Below, one piece after another: positions 46,779-56,763 of a stretch of DNA of 64,000 nt; position 1 is the stretch's first letter; each line of letters opens with the position of its first letter. Below the pieces are notes generated by a model. The model saw nothing but the letters and a program-made list of their open reading frames with translations, searched no databases and was not told where the DNA came from. The stretch spans positions 35,389-99,388 of the forward strand of contig JAZDMI010000028.1 of the NCBI GenBank assembly GCA_043801155.1, read 5' to 3'. The DNA comes from Candidatus Gottesmanbacteria bacterium (lineage in GTDB: Bacteria; Patescibacteriota; Microgenomatia; JAMCYU01). The translations under genes and the position numbers were made by a program.

Positions 46779-47147
46779 TTATTTTACATGTGTACCAATT
46801 TTTCGCCAACCAACAATCAGGGGTAAAACAAAAGTTAGAATATAATATAAATAGACATCTAATTTATAATATCCGTCGGCTGGCTTGAATAGTTTAACTA
46901 ACAATAAGTAATCAAGAATTATAGCAATAAAAGTCCAAGCAACTGCAATTTTAAAAAAGTTAACCAATGAACCACTTTCTACCTTTTTAAATAAAACAAA
47001 AAGCGTAATAATTGTGCCTATTGGCATAATGACCCAGCCGATTATTGATGAAGGAACAAACGGAAATAATATTATGCCCAAGGTATAACCAATGAGCCAT
47101 AAAAGGAATCCCCAACCGACTGCATCCCTAAATAATTGTTTTGTCAT
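46779..47147 (-). CDS. hypothetical membrane protein (122 aa, 4 transmembrane segments)
   Basis: Hydrophobic helices. Confidence 0.5.
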   Translation of the reverse strand: MTKQLFRDAVGWGFLLWLIGYTLGIILFPFVPSSIIGWVIMPIGTIITLFVLFKKVESGSLVNFFKIAVAWTFIAIILDYLLLVKLFKPADGYYKLDVYLYYILTFVLPLIVGWRKIGTHVK

Positions 47148-47162
47148 AATTCTGAATCAGCA

Positions 47163-47996
47163 TTATCGCGGAATAGTTCCCATTGATTTTTGCAGGGAAA
47201 TACTAGCTATAAGAAGTGAAAGTCTATTGGAAGTATCCTTTCTTTGTGCGTGAGGTAAGGCTTGCAAGGCTCTTTCCATAACTGGATACCATGACGGATC
47301 GCTACTTAAAGATATTGCCCAGTATTTAAATAAATGGGCTGCGTCTTCAATGTCTTTAGGTCTTCTTCTATGAGGAAACCAGTCGGAAAGTTTCTGGACA
47401 AACAAAATCGCTGGATGGACTGTCGCAACAGTGTGCGGATTGCCGTGTTCGTCTCCGAACTTAACCTGATAGGCAGTATCTATTAAGAACTGCCTGTCAA
47501 GATACATACCAACCCAATATTTTTGCGGGGTAACCGTATCAACTCCAAGTTTTCGGTAATCTGGTGACGGATCTAAACTAACTATATCTAAATCATGATG
47601 GTGGCGTTTAAAACCGGTAATCAACTCAATGGCTACTCCCGATGTTAATAGGTACCGCATATTCCCTTTATTATCAACTTGTGGAAGCCTGGCTATGAAT
47701 TCTAATAACCCATTGATGTCTCCCTTGACTAACTCAACCTCTGGAAATATATTTATTATTTCCGGCTTCTTGGGAAGAAAATTGATTATATTATCTAAGT
47801 TATTTTTATTAATTTGCGGTAATATCTTTTCCCACAAACTATGTTCATTAATTTGATTAAACAGTATCTTCTTATCCTTTATAATAGGAATATCCAAAAG
47901 AGGCTTTTTGTTAAAAAAATTTAATTCATTATCTTTGAACTTAGAAATAATTATTTTGGGGTTTAACTTTTCTGTGAAAAGATCATCTTCTCCCAT
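47163..47996 (-). CDS. hypothetical protein, possibly nucleotidyltransferase-fold
   Basis: GVAIELITGF..HHHDLDIVSLD resembles the Pol-beta-like nucleotidyltransferase G[SG]...DhDh signature. Confidence 0.3.
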   Translation of the reverse strand: MGEDDLFTEKLNPKIIISKFKDNELNFFNKKPLLDIPIIKDKKILFNQINEHSLWEKILPQINKNNLDNIINFLPKKPEIINIFPEVELVKGDINGLLEFIARLPQVDNKGNMRYLLTSGVAIELITGFKRHHHDLDIVSLDPSPDYRKLGVDTVTPQKYWVGMYLDRQFLIDTAYQVKFGDEHGNPHTVATVHPAILFVQKLSDWFPHRRRPKDIEDAAHLFKYWAISLSSDPSWYPVMERALQALPHAQRKDTSNRLSLLIASISLQKSMGTIPR

Positions 47997-48236
47997 AAAG
48001 CGTATTATATCAAAAAAGAAAAAATCAGAAGATTTCTCTCAAGAAGGCTTCCCGGTCTTAATTCGATTATTAAGCTACTTAACCTGATTTTATCAAAACA
48101 TATCCGATCAATCAAAGTATAAAACCCCAAATCAAGGTGTCCTAATTACATGAAAAATTTATTTGCTCGCTCTCTGGGACGACCCGTGATAGTTAATCTA
48201 ACCATTTTTGAATGACTAACTATTCTTTCTAATCTT

Positions 48237-48821
48237 TTACGTTACTATTTTTGTCGTACTTAACTGCTCAAGCTTGGCGATAAGTTCTTCATTTGTATAG
48301 ACAGAAGTATCAATTTGTTTATTTTCAAAGATTCTTAATCCCTCAATCATTCTGCGGGCAAAGACTGCTTCCTTGGTTCTCAAATTTCTTATCCTTATTT
48401 CATTATCTTCAAAGGTTCTGGAAATGATAACCAGCTGCGAAAAGAAAAGCGTCCTATTGATAAAGACGTTTGAAATGTCTTTAATATCAACGCTGTGTAC
48501 TTCGGAAGAAAGAAAATGGCGGGTTATTATGGTAATTCTCCCCTCTTCGATATTAATGGTGTCGGGAAATAAGTCAAATGGTAGCGCATGCGAGGATATA
48601 CTTAGTAAAATCCTATTAGATTTTCTGACCAAATCGGTTACGGTTCGATTGTCCCTCCTTTTATGCTGATCAGCCGAACGAACATCTTCTTCTATTGCCT
48701 TGTCTTGAGAAGAAAGTTTATCCTGCCTTTTATCCATTAAATCATCTACTTCGTGCTGTGTGTAAAGCTTTTCTGACCACACAGTCACGTTCTCCTTTTG
48801 ATTATTTGTTTTAGTATCCAT
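48237..48821 (-). CDS. hypothetical protein (194 aa)
   Basis: ORF only. Confidence 0.45.
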   Translation of the reverse strand: MDTKTNNQKENVTVWSEKLYTQHEVDDLMDKRQDKLSSQDKAIEEDVRSADQHKRRDNRTVTDLVRKSNRILLSISSHALPFDLFPDTINIEEGRITIITRHFLSSEVHSVDIKDISNVFINRTLFFSQLVIISRTFEDNEIRIRNLRTKEAVFARRMIEGLRIFENKQIDTSVYTNEELIAKLEQLSTTKIVT

Positions 48822-48839
48822 ATTTAATTTAATTAATTA

Positions 48840-48983
48840 TTATTTGATTATCCCCAGCCCGAGAAGTCCGACAATGATTAAGTAGGCTGCTATCAGATAG
48901 TTAAGAAATTTCGGAAAAATAAGAATCAATATCCCGAAAAGTAATGATGCCAAAGGACTTAAACTTGTAAAAGATAAGCTCAT
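48840..48983 (-). CDS. small membrane protein (47 aa)
   Basis: Own translation MSLSFTSLSPLASLLFGILILIFPKFLNYLIAAYLIIVGLLGLGIIK. Strong Shine-Dalgarno AAGGAGGTGACAACAT. Confidence 0.5.
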   Translation of the reverse strand: MSLSFTSLSPLASLLFGILILIFPKFLNYLIAAYLIIVGLLGLGIIK

Positions 48984-49013
48984 ATGTTGTCACCTCCTTA
49001 ATTAATAATATTT

Positions 49014-49160
49014 TTATATACTTACGCCTAGAAATCGGGCGACTAAGACAATAATCGCGATTACAAGCAATAGATGAATTAGCTCTCCACCAACATGAAG
49101 AGAAAATCCCCCCAACCAGGCAATCACTAGCACTATTATAATAATGTCTAATAAGCTCAT
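49014..49160 (-). CDS. Lmo0937-family small membrane protein (48 aa)
   Basis: Own translation MSLLDIIIIVLVIAWLGGFSLHVGGELIHLLLVIAIIVLVARFLGVSI. Strong Shine-Dalgarno AAGGAGGTGAGAAAT. Confidence 0.55.
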   Translation of the reverse strand: MSLLDIIIIVLVIAWLGGFSLHVGGELIHLLLVIAIIVLVARFLGVSI

Positions 49161-49190
49161 ATTTCTCACCTCCTTACTTTATTCCAAGTC

Positions 49191-49604
49191 TTACTCCGTT
49201 TTCTGTTGTTCACCGGAGAGTATCCGTAGTAGTTTTACAATTCCCCAAGCCAAAACAGCGTACACTATAATTGCGACCAGTGTTGATGGCTCAAGAACTG
49301 AAGTTGTTTCTACACCTTGGGCAAACCCCCTCCGGAATATTCCTTCAAATGGTAAGATAAAAACTCCGGTTAAACCGTAGATTAATCCCACAAAAGCGCT
49401 TGAGATACTCGCTCCCGTTAACTTAAGAATAAGACGGAAAGCTAAGAGTATTTCCAGTACTCCAAAGAAGAAATAGACTAAATATTCAACCGTCTGAGAA
49501 CTAGTGGCTGTACTTTTAACTGAAATGTCTTTAGTTGTGGTATTCACCACCGGATTGATATTATTTCCTTGTGTAGTTATTGTTTCTTTTGAAATTTCTG
49601 CCAT
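49191..49604 (-). CDS. YggT-family membrane protein
   Basis: YLVYFFFGVLEILLAFRLILKL and a second hydrophobic repeat. Strong Shine-Dalgarno. Confidence 0.55.
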   Translation of the reverse strand: MAEISKETITTQGNNINPVVNTTTKDISVKSTATSSQTVEYLVYFFFGVLEILLAFRLILKLTGASISSAFVGLIYGLTGVFILPFEGIFRRGFAQGVETTSVLEPSTLVAIIVYAVLAWGIVKLLRILSGEQQKTE

Positions 49605-49664
49605 ATTTTTCCACCTCCTTTCAATAAATTAATTTATTTTTATCCTAAACCCGCCCTGTAACCG

Positions 49665-49877
49665 TTATTTAGGTTGTACTATATTCACGTTTACTTTATC
49701 GGGTAATACTACCTGGGTGGCCGGAATGCTTACCTGAACTGGCCCTATCCGCCTTGTTGCCGGAATAACAAAATACATTAGTACAGCGACAAATCCAACA
49801 AGCACGATAATCCCGATCAGAAAACCATACCCTTTCGCTTCTGCTGGAGGAGCTTGACTATTTACAATTGTTGTCAT
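49665..49877 (-). CDS. small membrane protein (70 aa), paralog of the ORF at 50397-50618
   Basis: MTTIVNSQAPP..GFLIGIIVLVGFVAVLMYFVIPA. The leader at 49878-49990 is a near-duplicate of the one at 50619-50720. Confidence 0.55.
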   Translation of the reverse strand: MTTIVNSQAPPAEAKGYGFLIGIIVLVGFVAVLMYFVIPATRRIGPVQVSIPATQVVLPDKVNVNIVQPK

Positions 49878-50038
49878 ATATTTTTCACCGCCTTTATTAT
49901 TATTAAATTATTAATGTTTTTTATACCCCATTTTTGGTAATTTGAGTTTAAGGATCAAAATCCTTCCTGATTGCCACTTTCCTGATTATCGCCTCTTTAG
50001 CTAAGGGAGGATATGGTACCTTACCTTATTATTTGTTT

Positions 50039-50290
50039 TTAACCTTTTCGTAACATCCGGCCACCATAAATAACGACAACTGCACCAATCACGGCAACAA
50101 CAAGACTATAAATGTTGAATCCCGTAACACCTGATTGACCAACTAATCCCATGAGAAAACCACCTACCACAGCTCCAACTACACCCATAATTATGTCCGT
50201 TATTGTACCTTGATTAGAATCGGTTTTCATAATGATCGATGCAATCCATCCTGCCAGTGCTCCAAAAATTATCCAAAGTACTATACCCAT
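50039..50290 (-). CDS. GlsB/YeaQ/YmgE-family stress-response membrane protein
   Basis: MGIVLWIIFGALAGWIASIIM...GVVGAVVGGFLMGLVG signature. Confidence 0.8.
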   Translation of the reverse strand: MGIVLWIIFGALAGWIASIIMKTDSNQGTITDIIMGVVGAVVGGFLMGLVGQSGVTGFNIYSLVVAVIGAVVVIYGGRMLRKG

Positions 50291-50396
50291 ATTTTTTCAC
50301 CTCCTTTAATTAATAAATTTAGTTTTCTTCCTAAGCCTGCCATTTAGTTACTTTTTTATATTACTGTCTAACAATAGGTTTATAATCTGTTTTCGA

Positions 50397-50618
50397 TTAC
50401 TTCGGTTGAGTCACATTCACGTCTATCTTGCTTGGCACATTGACCTGTGGTGCCGGAACGTTCACCTGAACTGCCCCCATGTTTCTTATTGCCGGAATAG
50501 CGAAATATAATAGTACCGCTACAAATCCTATAAGGACTATGATACCGATGAGAAAACCAAACCCTCCTGTATCTTGTGTGGGAGCCTGGGGAGCTGGATT
50601 ATTTACAACTGTTGTCAT
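50397..50618 (-). CDS. small membrane protein (73 aa), paralog of the ORF at 49665-49877
   Basis: MTTVVNNPAPQ..GFLIGIIVLIGFVAVLLYFAIPA. Confidence 0.55.
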   Translation of the reverse strand: MTTVVNNPAPQAPTQDTGGFGFLIGIIVLIGFVAVLLYFAIPAIRNMGAVQVNVPAPQVNVPSKIDVNVTQPK

Positions 50619-50689
50619 ATATTTTTCACCTCCTTCATTATTTTTAAATTATTAATGTTTTTTTATACCCAGACTTTGGTAATTTGAGT

Positions 50690-50875
50690 TTAAGGATTAA
50701 AATCCTCTCTAATTTCAGGTTTCCTCATGACTATTTCTTCGGGTAAATATTTAGCTAAAGCTCTTTCTGCTAGAGCGGTTAAGGTTATTCCCTCAACAAT
50801 AGCTTGTGCCCTGGCGTGTGTTAATAGGTTCGGATTAATAAAGAGTGTCACCCGTTGTTTGCTATTAGTTGCCAT
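50690..50875 (-). CDS. possible ribbon-helix-helix DNA-binding protein (61 aa)
   Basis: KQRVTLFINPNLLTHARAQAIVEGITLTALAERALAKYL has the beta-strand-then-two-helices pattern of CopG/Arc/antitoxin-like proteins. No toxin partner is seen. It overlaps the conserved leader of the 50397-50618 gene by about 30 nt. Confidence 0.35.
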   Translation of the reverse strand: MATNSKQRVTLFINPNLLTHARAQAIVEGITLTALAERALAKYLPEEIVMRKPEIREDFNP

Positions 50876-50963
50876 ACTTCATATACTACCACAAGTTGTA
50901 GTAGTTGTCAAGTAACATTATATTAGGTTAAGGACTTGTCTGTTTTGATGATATAATTGTTTT

Positions 50964-51308
50964 ATGGATCAAGCATTAACTTGTCCCAAGTGTCAAAATA
51001 GTATTGATATCACAGATTTTTTCTGCGGAGTTTGTGGCTATAAGTTAAAAGAAGAACTACTTTCGACGTCATTTTTAAAACAGCTATCAATCTATTTAAT
51101 TAGTTTCCTTCTGCCCCCTTTTGGACTTATCCCTGCCCTAAAATACCTTCGGCAAGACGAGAGTCAAGCAAAATGGGTTGGTATAATTGCTATTATTCTC
51201 ACCCTAATCTCGGCAATAATTTCCATTTGGCTCTTGCAAAATTTTATGGACACATTCAATAAAGTCATGGATAGTCAATTGGGTACCTACGAAAATCTTC
51301 CTTTCTAA
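50964..51308 (+). CDS. membrane protein with an N-terminal zinc-ribbon
   Basis: CPKCQNSIDITDFFCGVCGY, followed by two transmembrane helices. Confidence 0.5.
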   Translation: MDQALTCPKCQNSIDITDFFCGVCGYKLKEELLSTSFLKQLSIYLISFLLPPFGLIPALKYLRQDESQAKWVGIIAIILTLISAIISIWLLQNFMDTFNKVMDSQLGTYENLPF

Positions 51309-51432
51309 ACTCATTGGAGCATTCATGTGGTTTACTAAAAATGTAAATTCCGAGGTATATGATTTTTTTAAATGGGCTCGCTCGATGGGTCTTCTTCGCT
51401 AAAGCTACGAAAGACGGCACGACGATTCCAGA

Positions 51433-51714
51433 TCAATTTTTATGGGAAGATAGGTGTTTATTGGAGATACGGATCTCGCTATGGACGTGATAAAGAGCCA
51501 CAAGAATAGCAAGGGATAAATACACATTCCATATTGGGAGATCGTAGTATGTTGCACATGGGCTGTTTGAAATCGGCGAAACTAACCCACAAACAAAACT
51601 ATAAAGTATCCTGTCAAAATTAAACAGATCAATAATGGCAACCACAAAGAAAAGGATAAGAAAGATGAAGAACAAACTATGATAACGTAATACACCTAAA
51701 AATTTCATATACAT
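51433..51714 (-). CDS. hypothetical membrane protein (93 aa)
   Basis: Hydrophobic ORF. Confidence 0.4.
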   Translation of the reverse strand: MYMKFLGVLRYHSLFFIFLILFFVVAIIDLFNFDRILYSFVCGLVSPISNSPCATYYDLPIWNVYLSLAILVALYHVHSEIRISNKHLSSHKN

Positions 51715-51842
51715 TAATCATATGTATTTTTTTTAAAAAATGCAAGTAGTGAAGCAAAGTAGCAAACACGTAGGCTTTATTTGGTTGTTTGCTTCCCTAG
51801 TATACAAACTTCGAGATTGGTTTGTTTTAAATTCAACAGATC

Positions 51843-52217
51843 TTATCGTAGAGTTAAACTTATCCAAAAATAGAACGCTCCAATTAGAAAGATAATAAAT
51901 CCCCAAAATGTTTGCCTGCCTTTGAATATTTGGGCTATCTTATTTACACGATCGGGAAAGGTAATTTTTTCAATTCCTTTTAATAAGGTCGTCCATCCTA
52001 GAATGGTAATTGCCACCCTCCAGTCGGCAGTCCAAATATTATGAAGGGTAACTGTAATTAATCCTAAAAGAAATGTGATATACCCCGTGGAAACGGTGAT
52101 AGTCTTATCTTCCGTATATTCTATTACCCTACCCAATAACTTTGCCAGGACGGAACCCAACCCAAGGATTATAAACAAACTTCCCCAAAACCTGGCCAGA
52201 TAAATTGAAATTTCCAT
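51843..52217 (-). CDS. hypothetical membrane protein (124 aa)
   Basis: Hydrophobic ORF. Confidence 0.45.
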   Translation of the reverse strand: MEISIYLARFWGSLFIILGLGSVLAKLLGRVIEYTEDKTITVSTGYITFLLGLITVTLHNIWTADWRVAITILGWTTLLKGIEKITFPDRVNKIAQIFKGRQTFWGFIIFLIGAFYFWISLTLR

Positions 52218-52274
52218 ATTTTAATTATACTATATTCGCCGGATGGGACGATTTTCGGACTACGAACTAATTTT

Positions 52275-52979
52275 CTAACCGATATTAGTCTGATTTGATG
52301 ATTTTAGTACCACTGGACTATTGTTCAAATCATTGAATTTATAAATCAAATCATGCAATTTTCTTTTTAAAATTAGTATCGTCAAGGATAGTCCAGCAAA
52401 GAAGTAAAAAATAAATATAACTGGATACATATCTTTCTGATTCCAGAATTTTAGCAAAGCCATAATGTGCAGAATAGTCAGAATAGCAAACGGAGCCTTA
52501 AGGGGAATTCTTATTTTTATAATAATCTCTGCTATCTTTAACAGAATAAATATAACTATTGACCAGAAAGAAAAAAATTTCACCACGTCTTCTATTCCCA
52601 TATCAAATGTACCGCGACCGTTTATACCAAGAGTAGGGGTATTAGCGATAAACCAAATCAGAATTTTTTCTGCCCCTATTCCGATAACCACCATAAATGC
52701 TACCGTTGTAACCTCTAAGATAAGGAATACATAAAAAGGAGCCGTGATAAAAGTAAGAAAACTATCAAATAGATTAAATAGAATGACAGGAAGGGTTTTC
52801 CCCATAATTCCAGTATAGCATAAGAGAAGTAGCGCTATAACACTCCATCTTTTTCCTAGCTCGAGAATCGTAACTCTAATATAAGAACCTTTCGCTTCGC
52901 TCAAGAACCTTGCTGCTTCGCAGTAACCACACAATTGTCTTGTACTTGTGGTGAGCTTGCCGAAAACAGGTCTTGACAA
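52275..52979 (-). CDS. Hypothetical membrane protein. The annotated N-terminus probably belongs to a repeat element, and the true start is likely near 52805 (internal Met, MGKTLPV).
   Basis: Its first 58 or so codons are encoded by repeat family A (52859-52945), which is intergenic at its other two copies. Confidence 0.45.
   Translation of the reverse strand: MSRPVFGKLTTSTRQLCGYCEAARFLSEAKGSYIRVTILELGKRWSVIALLLLCYTGIMGKTLPVILFNLFDSFLTFITAPFYVFLILEVTTVAFMVVIGIGAEKILIWFIANTPTLGINGRGTFDMGIEDVVKFFSFWSIVIFILLKIAEIIIKIRIPLKAPFAILTILHIMALLKFWNQKDMYPVIFIFYFFAGLSLTILILKRKLHDLIYKFNDLNNSPVVLKSSNQTNIG
52859..52945. repeat. Repeat family A, copy 1: core GCTCGAGAATCGTAACTCTAATAT plus about 60 nt of extended similarity to copy 3.
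   Basis: Exact 24-nt core shared with 55040-55063 and 57615-57638. The extension aagaacctttcgcttcgc..aaccttgctgcttcgcagtaacca matches 57639-57700. Confidence 0.6.
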
Positions 52980-53009
52980 AGATGGTCCTGTTCTTCTATC
53001 CTATAGAAG

Positions 53010-54488
53010 ATGAAGGCCCTCTTTAAAATCTTCTTTGTTCTCTTAACCATTGGTGTAATTTATTTAATCTCACGCTCTCCAGCGATAACCATAAAAGAAA
53101 CATTGGCTTATAATAAGCCAAACTTTGTCTTCATCCTCACCGATGACCTGGATTTAAGCGGGCTACAATATATGCCCAAAATCAAAGCTCTCATTGCAGA
53201 TGCCGGCATTACCTTTTCTAATTTTTTTATTAGCAATTCTCTCTGCTGTCCTTCGCGCTCTTCTATTTTAAGAGGCCAATATGGTCATAATACCAAAGTT
53301 ATGCATAATATCGGGCCAGAGGGCGGCTTCCAGCGCTTTCATACCGAAGGTAATGAGAATTCAACCGTAGCTACCTGGCTTAAGGCGGCGGGTTACAGGA
53401 CGGGCATTTTCGGAAAGTATCTTAACGGTTATCCCAATCGTGATTTCAACATATCTCCAACATACATTCCCCCCGGATGGGACCAGTGGTTTGTCCCAAT
53501 CATCGACACTGCTTATAACAGCTACAAATATATCATGAACCAAAACGGCCTCTTAGTCTATTACGGCAGTGGTCCTTCCGCTTACATAACCGATGTTATT
53601 TCTAATAAAGCGACTAATTTTATAAAAACAACTCAAACTGGTAAACCGTTCTTTGCGTATATTACTACCTACGCCCCCCATTCTCCATCGAACCCGGCAC
53701 CACGACATGTTAACATGACTTTCAACCCCATGCCTGTCCCTCCCACCCCGCCATCCTTTAATGAGGCTGATGTCAGTGATAAACCAATTGAGCTTCAACG
53801 AATCCTTCTGCCAGACGAGACGATCGCCACCGGAAGCGCTTATTACTTGAAAAAGATTCGTTCACTCCAAGCGATTGATGATCTGGTTGAAGCAGTGATT
53901 AACGCCCTCACCGCAAAAGGTGTTCTGAACAATACCTATGTAATCTTTACCTCCGATAATGGTTTTCATCTGGGCATTCATCGTTTAATTCAGGGAAAAA
54001 CAACTGCTTATGAGGAGGATATTCGTGTACCGTTTGTTGTTCGCGGCCCCGGGCTTACTCCCTGCAGCGTCAGGGATGATTTCGTTGGTAACATTGACCT
54101 GGCCCCGACCTTTGCACAACTGGCAGGAGTCACGATTCCTGATTGGGTCGATGGCCGCTCATTTGTTACTCCTTCCACCCGCAAGGCTTACCTTTTAGAG
54201 CATGGTAATCCTCCAAAGAGTATACCCGATTATGACACTGATTTAGAAAAATATGCCCAAGGAATCATTCCGGCTTATGCAGGTCTTCGGACGACTGATT
54301 GGATGTACACGGAATATGTCACCGGCTCTAAAGAACTTTATAATTTGGTTAATGACCCGTATGAACTGGAGAATAAAGCCAACCAAGCAGAGTATGCGGA
54401 TATCCAAAATCGCTTAGCCACAAAGTTGTCAGAGCTTTCCACTTGCGCTGGCTCTTCCTGCCGCACCGCCGAGGATACTCCTTTCTAA
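53010..54488 (+). CDS. sulfatase (formylglycine-dependent arylsulfatase family)
   Basis: Signal peptide. Sulfatase signature SLCCPSRSSILRGQYGHNT (C-x-P-x-R) and a downstream GKYLNGY region. Confidence 0.85.
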   Translation: MKALFKIFFVLLTIGVIYLISRSPAITIKETLAYNKPNFVFILTDDLDLSGLQYMPKIKALIADAGITFSNFFISNSLCCPSRSSILRGQYGHNTKVMHNIGPEGGFQRFHTEGNENSTVATWLKAAGYRTGIFGKYLNGYPNRDFNISPTYIPPGWDQWFVPIIDTAYNSYKYIMNQNGLLVYYGSGPSAYITDVISNKATNFIKTTQTGKPFFAYITTYAPHSPSNPAPRHVNMTFNPMPVPPTPPSFNEADVSDKPIELQRILLPDETIATGSAYYLKKIRSLQAIDDLVEAVINALTAKGVLNNTYVIFTSDNGFHLGIHRLIQGKTTAYEEDIRVPFVVRGPGLTPCSVRDDFVGNIDLAPTFAQLAGVTIPDWVDGRSFVTPSTRKAYLLEHGNPPKSIPDYDTDLEKYAQGIIPAYAGLRTTDWMYTEYVTGSKELYNLVNDPYELENKANQAEYADIQNRLATKLSELSTCAGSSCRTAEDTPF

Positions 54489-54698
54489 CTAGAACTTCTT
54501 CAAAAAAAACTTTTTGGTAAAAAGAGAAAGCCTATTTATATGTTCTGATAATCTTATTTTTAAATTATCAGTAATTCCAACATAGAAAGTTTTTCCATCG
54601 CAAAGAAGCATGTAAATATACCAAGTCTTACCTTTATACATAAATGTGGCTTGCGCTGAGCTTTTCGAAGTGCTCCACCTCGTGGACGACCTTAAAAC

Positions 54699-54968
54699 CT
54701 ATTTCTTCCAGTTTGTAACTCGTTGATTTATCTTAAAGACTACTAACGATACAATAAAATAGATTATTAAAGAAAAAACTAGCATTAGAAAAAACAAACC
54801 AATGGTATTTGTCTCTCTTAAAGAAAAAAGTAACACTTCTATTGGCTTATACCATGTCACGTATTGTCCTCCGTTATATTGCTCTCTAAATAATGGAAGA
54901 TAGAGAATAATAACTGTAATTAGGACATTAAGTAATTTAGGTTTTAAAAAACTAAAATTAACTCGCAT
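54699..54968 (-). CDS. hypothetical small membrane protein (89 aa)
   Basis: Two hydrophobic helices. Confidence 0.4.
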   Translation of the reverse strand: MRVNFSFLKPKLLNVLITVIILYLPLFREQYNGGQYVTWYKPIEVLLFSLRETNTIGLFFLMLVFSLIIYFIVSLVVFKINQRVTNWKK

Positions 54969-55039
54969 TTACCATTATTATACATCGGAGGTTCTACTGT
55001 CCTACTAGGGGTCTCCCAAAAACGAGGCTAAAATGTCTG

Positions 55040-55063
55040 GCTCGAGAATCGTAACTCTAATAT
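55040..55063. repeat. Repeat family A, copy 2 (core only)
   Basis: GCTCGAGAATCGTAACTCTAATAT, exact. Confidence 0.6.
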
Positions 55064-55230
55064 AACCACAAAACTAACATGTATTTTAAAAATTTTGAAG
55101 ATTTCCACCTTATCCTACAACTCAGAGATAAGATCGACAAAGTAAAACCTGTTATAGTAATAACACCTTAAAAACTCTTGTATTTCCTACTTCTTAATAG
55201 TACATTAAATACATAGTAAGAAAATAATCT

Positions 55231-56487
55231 ATGCGTCCAAAAAAGAAATACTCTAAACTCTTCTGGATCTTCACGATTGGTATATGTGTAATTTTATCTG
55301 GGTTAGCATTTTTAGGATTTTCCATAAGTAAACAATTTGATGATGCAGTAGCTAGTATTCAGTCTAATTTAGTAGATGCGGCAAATGCCAAGATTGTGGG
55401 AGATTTAGTTCGAAGAGGAACGCAGATTAAAGGGGAAACGATGGAAACAGTCGAAGCTAAAGCGATGACTTCTGCTAAAAATTTATCCGAAGTTTCAGTG
55501 CCTGATGACCTGAAGAATTATCAAGCAGTTGCCTCAATCTGGTCTATCAGGATAGCGGCAGCAGCCAGTCAATCAAACGGTTGGGTGAATTTGAAAAATC
55601 AGCCTGACCCTTTCCCTTTAGTTATTAGTGATATTAAAGCCTCAAATCTATTAAAACCAATACTAAAAAATATTTCTGATCTGAAAACAGAGGGATCAAC
55701 AGCGATTCAAAACAAAGACCGCGATGCCATGCGCCAAATTGCCGCCAAACTAATAGTCCAGAACCATTTTCTTAACGCTATTTTGCATTCCCAAGAAGAA
55801 GAAAAAACTACCCTGATCCCTTTTGCCTTAGCGGCTGGTTCAACACTGCAATCAATACCTGATGTTAAGGGAGTTGATGTTACTTGTTCAATTTGTGATT
55901 ACCCTGATGCTTATAAAGTTCATTGGACAGATGCCTTAAAAAAACAATATGGTTGTGACAGCAGGTGTCATAAACAAAATCAACCCGTCCAAGAAGAAGT
56001 AAAATATTCAGAATCTTTATCTTCCTATAGTTATAGCGATAGCAAGCGAGTTGTTTGCACAAACACTAATAAAAGCGGTTCGTTTTGCGTGGAAAAAGCT
56101 GCCCAGGTAACTAATGAACTTATTGACGCCGCTATTGGTTTTACTGAAGGCAGCAGAAATTTTACAGTAGAGCAATGGAATGGCGCGGTTGCTTATGCCA
56201 CAGGTGAAGTAGGAACGCCACCCAGCTGGCCATCAGCAGAAGGCGGGCATAAAGAAGGTGGCATGGGAACTATCAATCAAGGAGATCCGAACCAACCTCA
56301 ACAAAATACCAATTCAAGAAGTTCCCAGTGTGAATTTTACAACAAAGATTGTCCATCTATAATTAATACTCAAAGGCTTGCATGCGCATTGGGAAGTTTG
56401 GGTGATGAAGATAAGAAAACCTATTGTGATAGTATAACTTGTGCAAGTATGTATCAGAATTGCTTAAATGGTAAGGAACCTTATTAG
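55231..56487 (+). CDS. hypothetical secreted Cys-rich protein (418 aa)
   Basis: N-terminal transmembrane segment or signal peptide, and many Cys in the C-terminal half. Confidence 0.45.
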   Translation: MRPKKKYSKLFWIFTIGICVILSGLAFLGFSISKQFDDAVASIQSNLVDAANAKIVGDLVRRGTQIKGETMETVEAKAMTSAKNLSEVSVPDDLKNYQAVASIWSIRIAAAASQSNGWVNLKNQPDPFPLVISDIKASNLLKPILKNISDLKTEGSTAIQNKDRDAMRQIAAKLIVQNHFLNAILHSQEEEKTTLIPFALAAGSTLQSIPDVKGVDVTCSICDYPDAYKVHWTDALKKQYGCDSRCHKQNQPVQEEVKYSESLSSYSYSDSKRVVCTNTNKSGSFCVEKAAQVTNELIDAAIGFTEGSRNFTVEQWNGAVAYATGEVGTPPSWPSAEGGHKEGGMGTINQGDPNQPQQNTNSRSSQCEFYNKDCPSIINTQRLACALGSLGDEDKKTYCDSITCASMYQNCLNGKEPY

Positions 56488-56570
56488 ATTTGGTAAATAA
56501 AAAATCTGACTTTAAAATTGAAACGGCTCTTTTTTAGCTACGGTTTTAATAAATTTAGTTAGAATATCAC

Positions 56571-56672
56571 ATTATTTGCTCGCTTCGTGGGACGATTTTC
56601 GAACTACTGACTGGTTAGAGATTATAGAACATCCAGAGCTAATTCAACGAACCGATAAGTTACTTACTTCTT
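56571..56672 (+). repeat. Repeat family B copy. It encodes the conserved C-terminal peptide ..YLLASWDDFRTTDWLEIIEHPELIQRTDKLLTS* with no start codon.
   Basis: Nucleotide and peptide similarity to 58870-58980, 62484-62609 and 63095-63190. Confidence 0.5.
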
Positions 56673-56763
56673 AAAATCCTAGAAGATCTTAGATTTGTTC
56701 TGCTTCTGCTCGTGTTTTTGTCTTAATCGAGCTGGTCTTGGGTCAACTTGCATGAAACAAAAG

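Noticed and set aside
49144-49380. Plus-strand 78-aa ORF
   Set aside because: It overlaps the Shine-Dalgarno-supported minus-strand genes (Lmo0937-family and YggT) in antisense.
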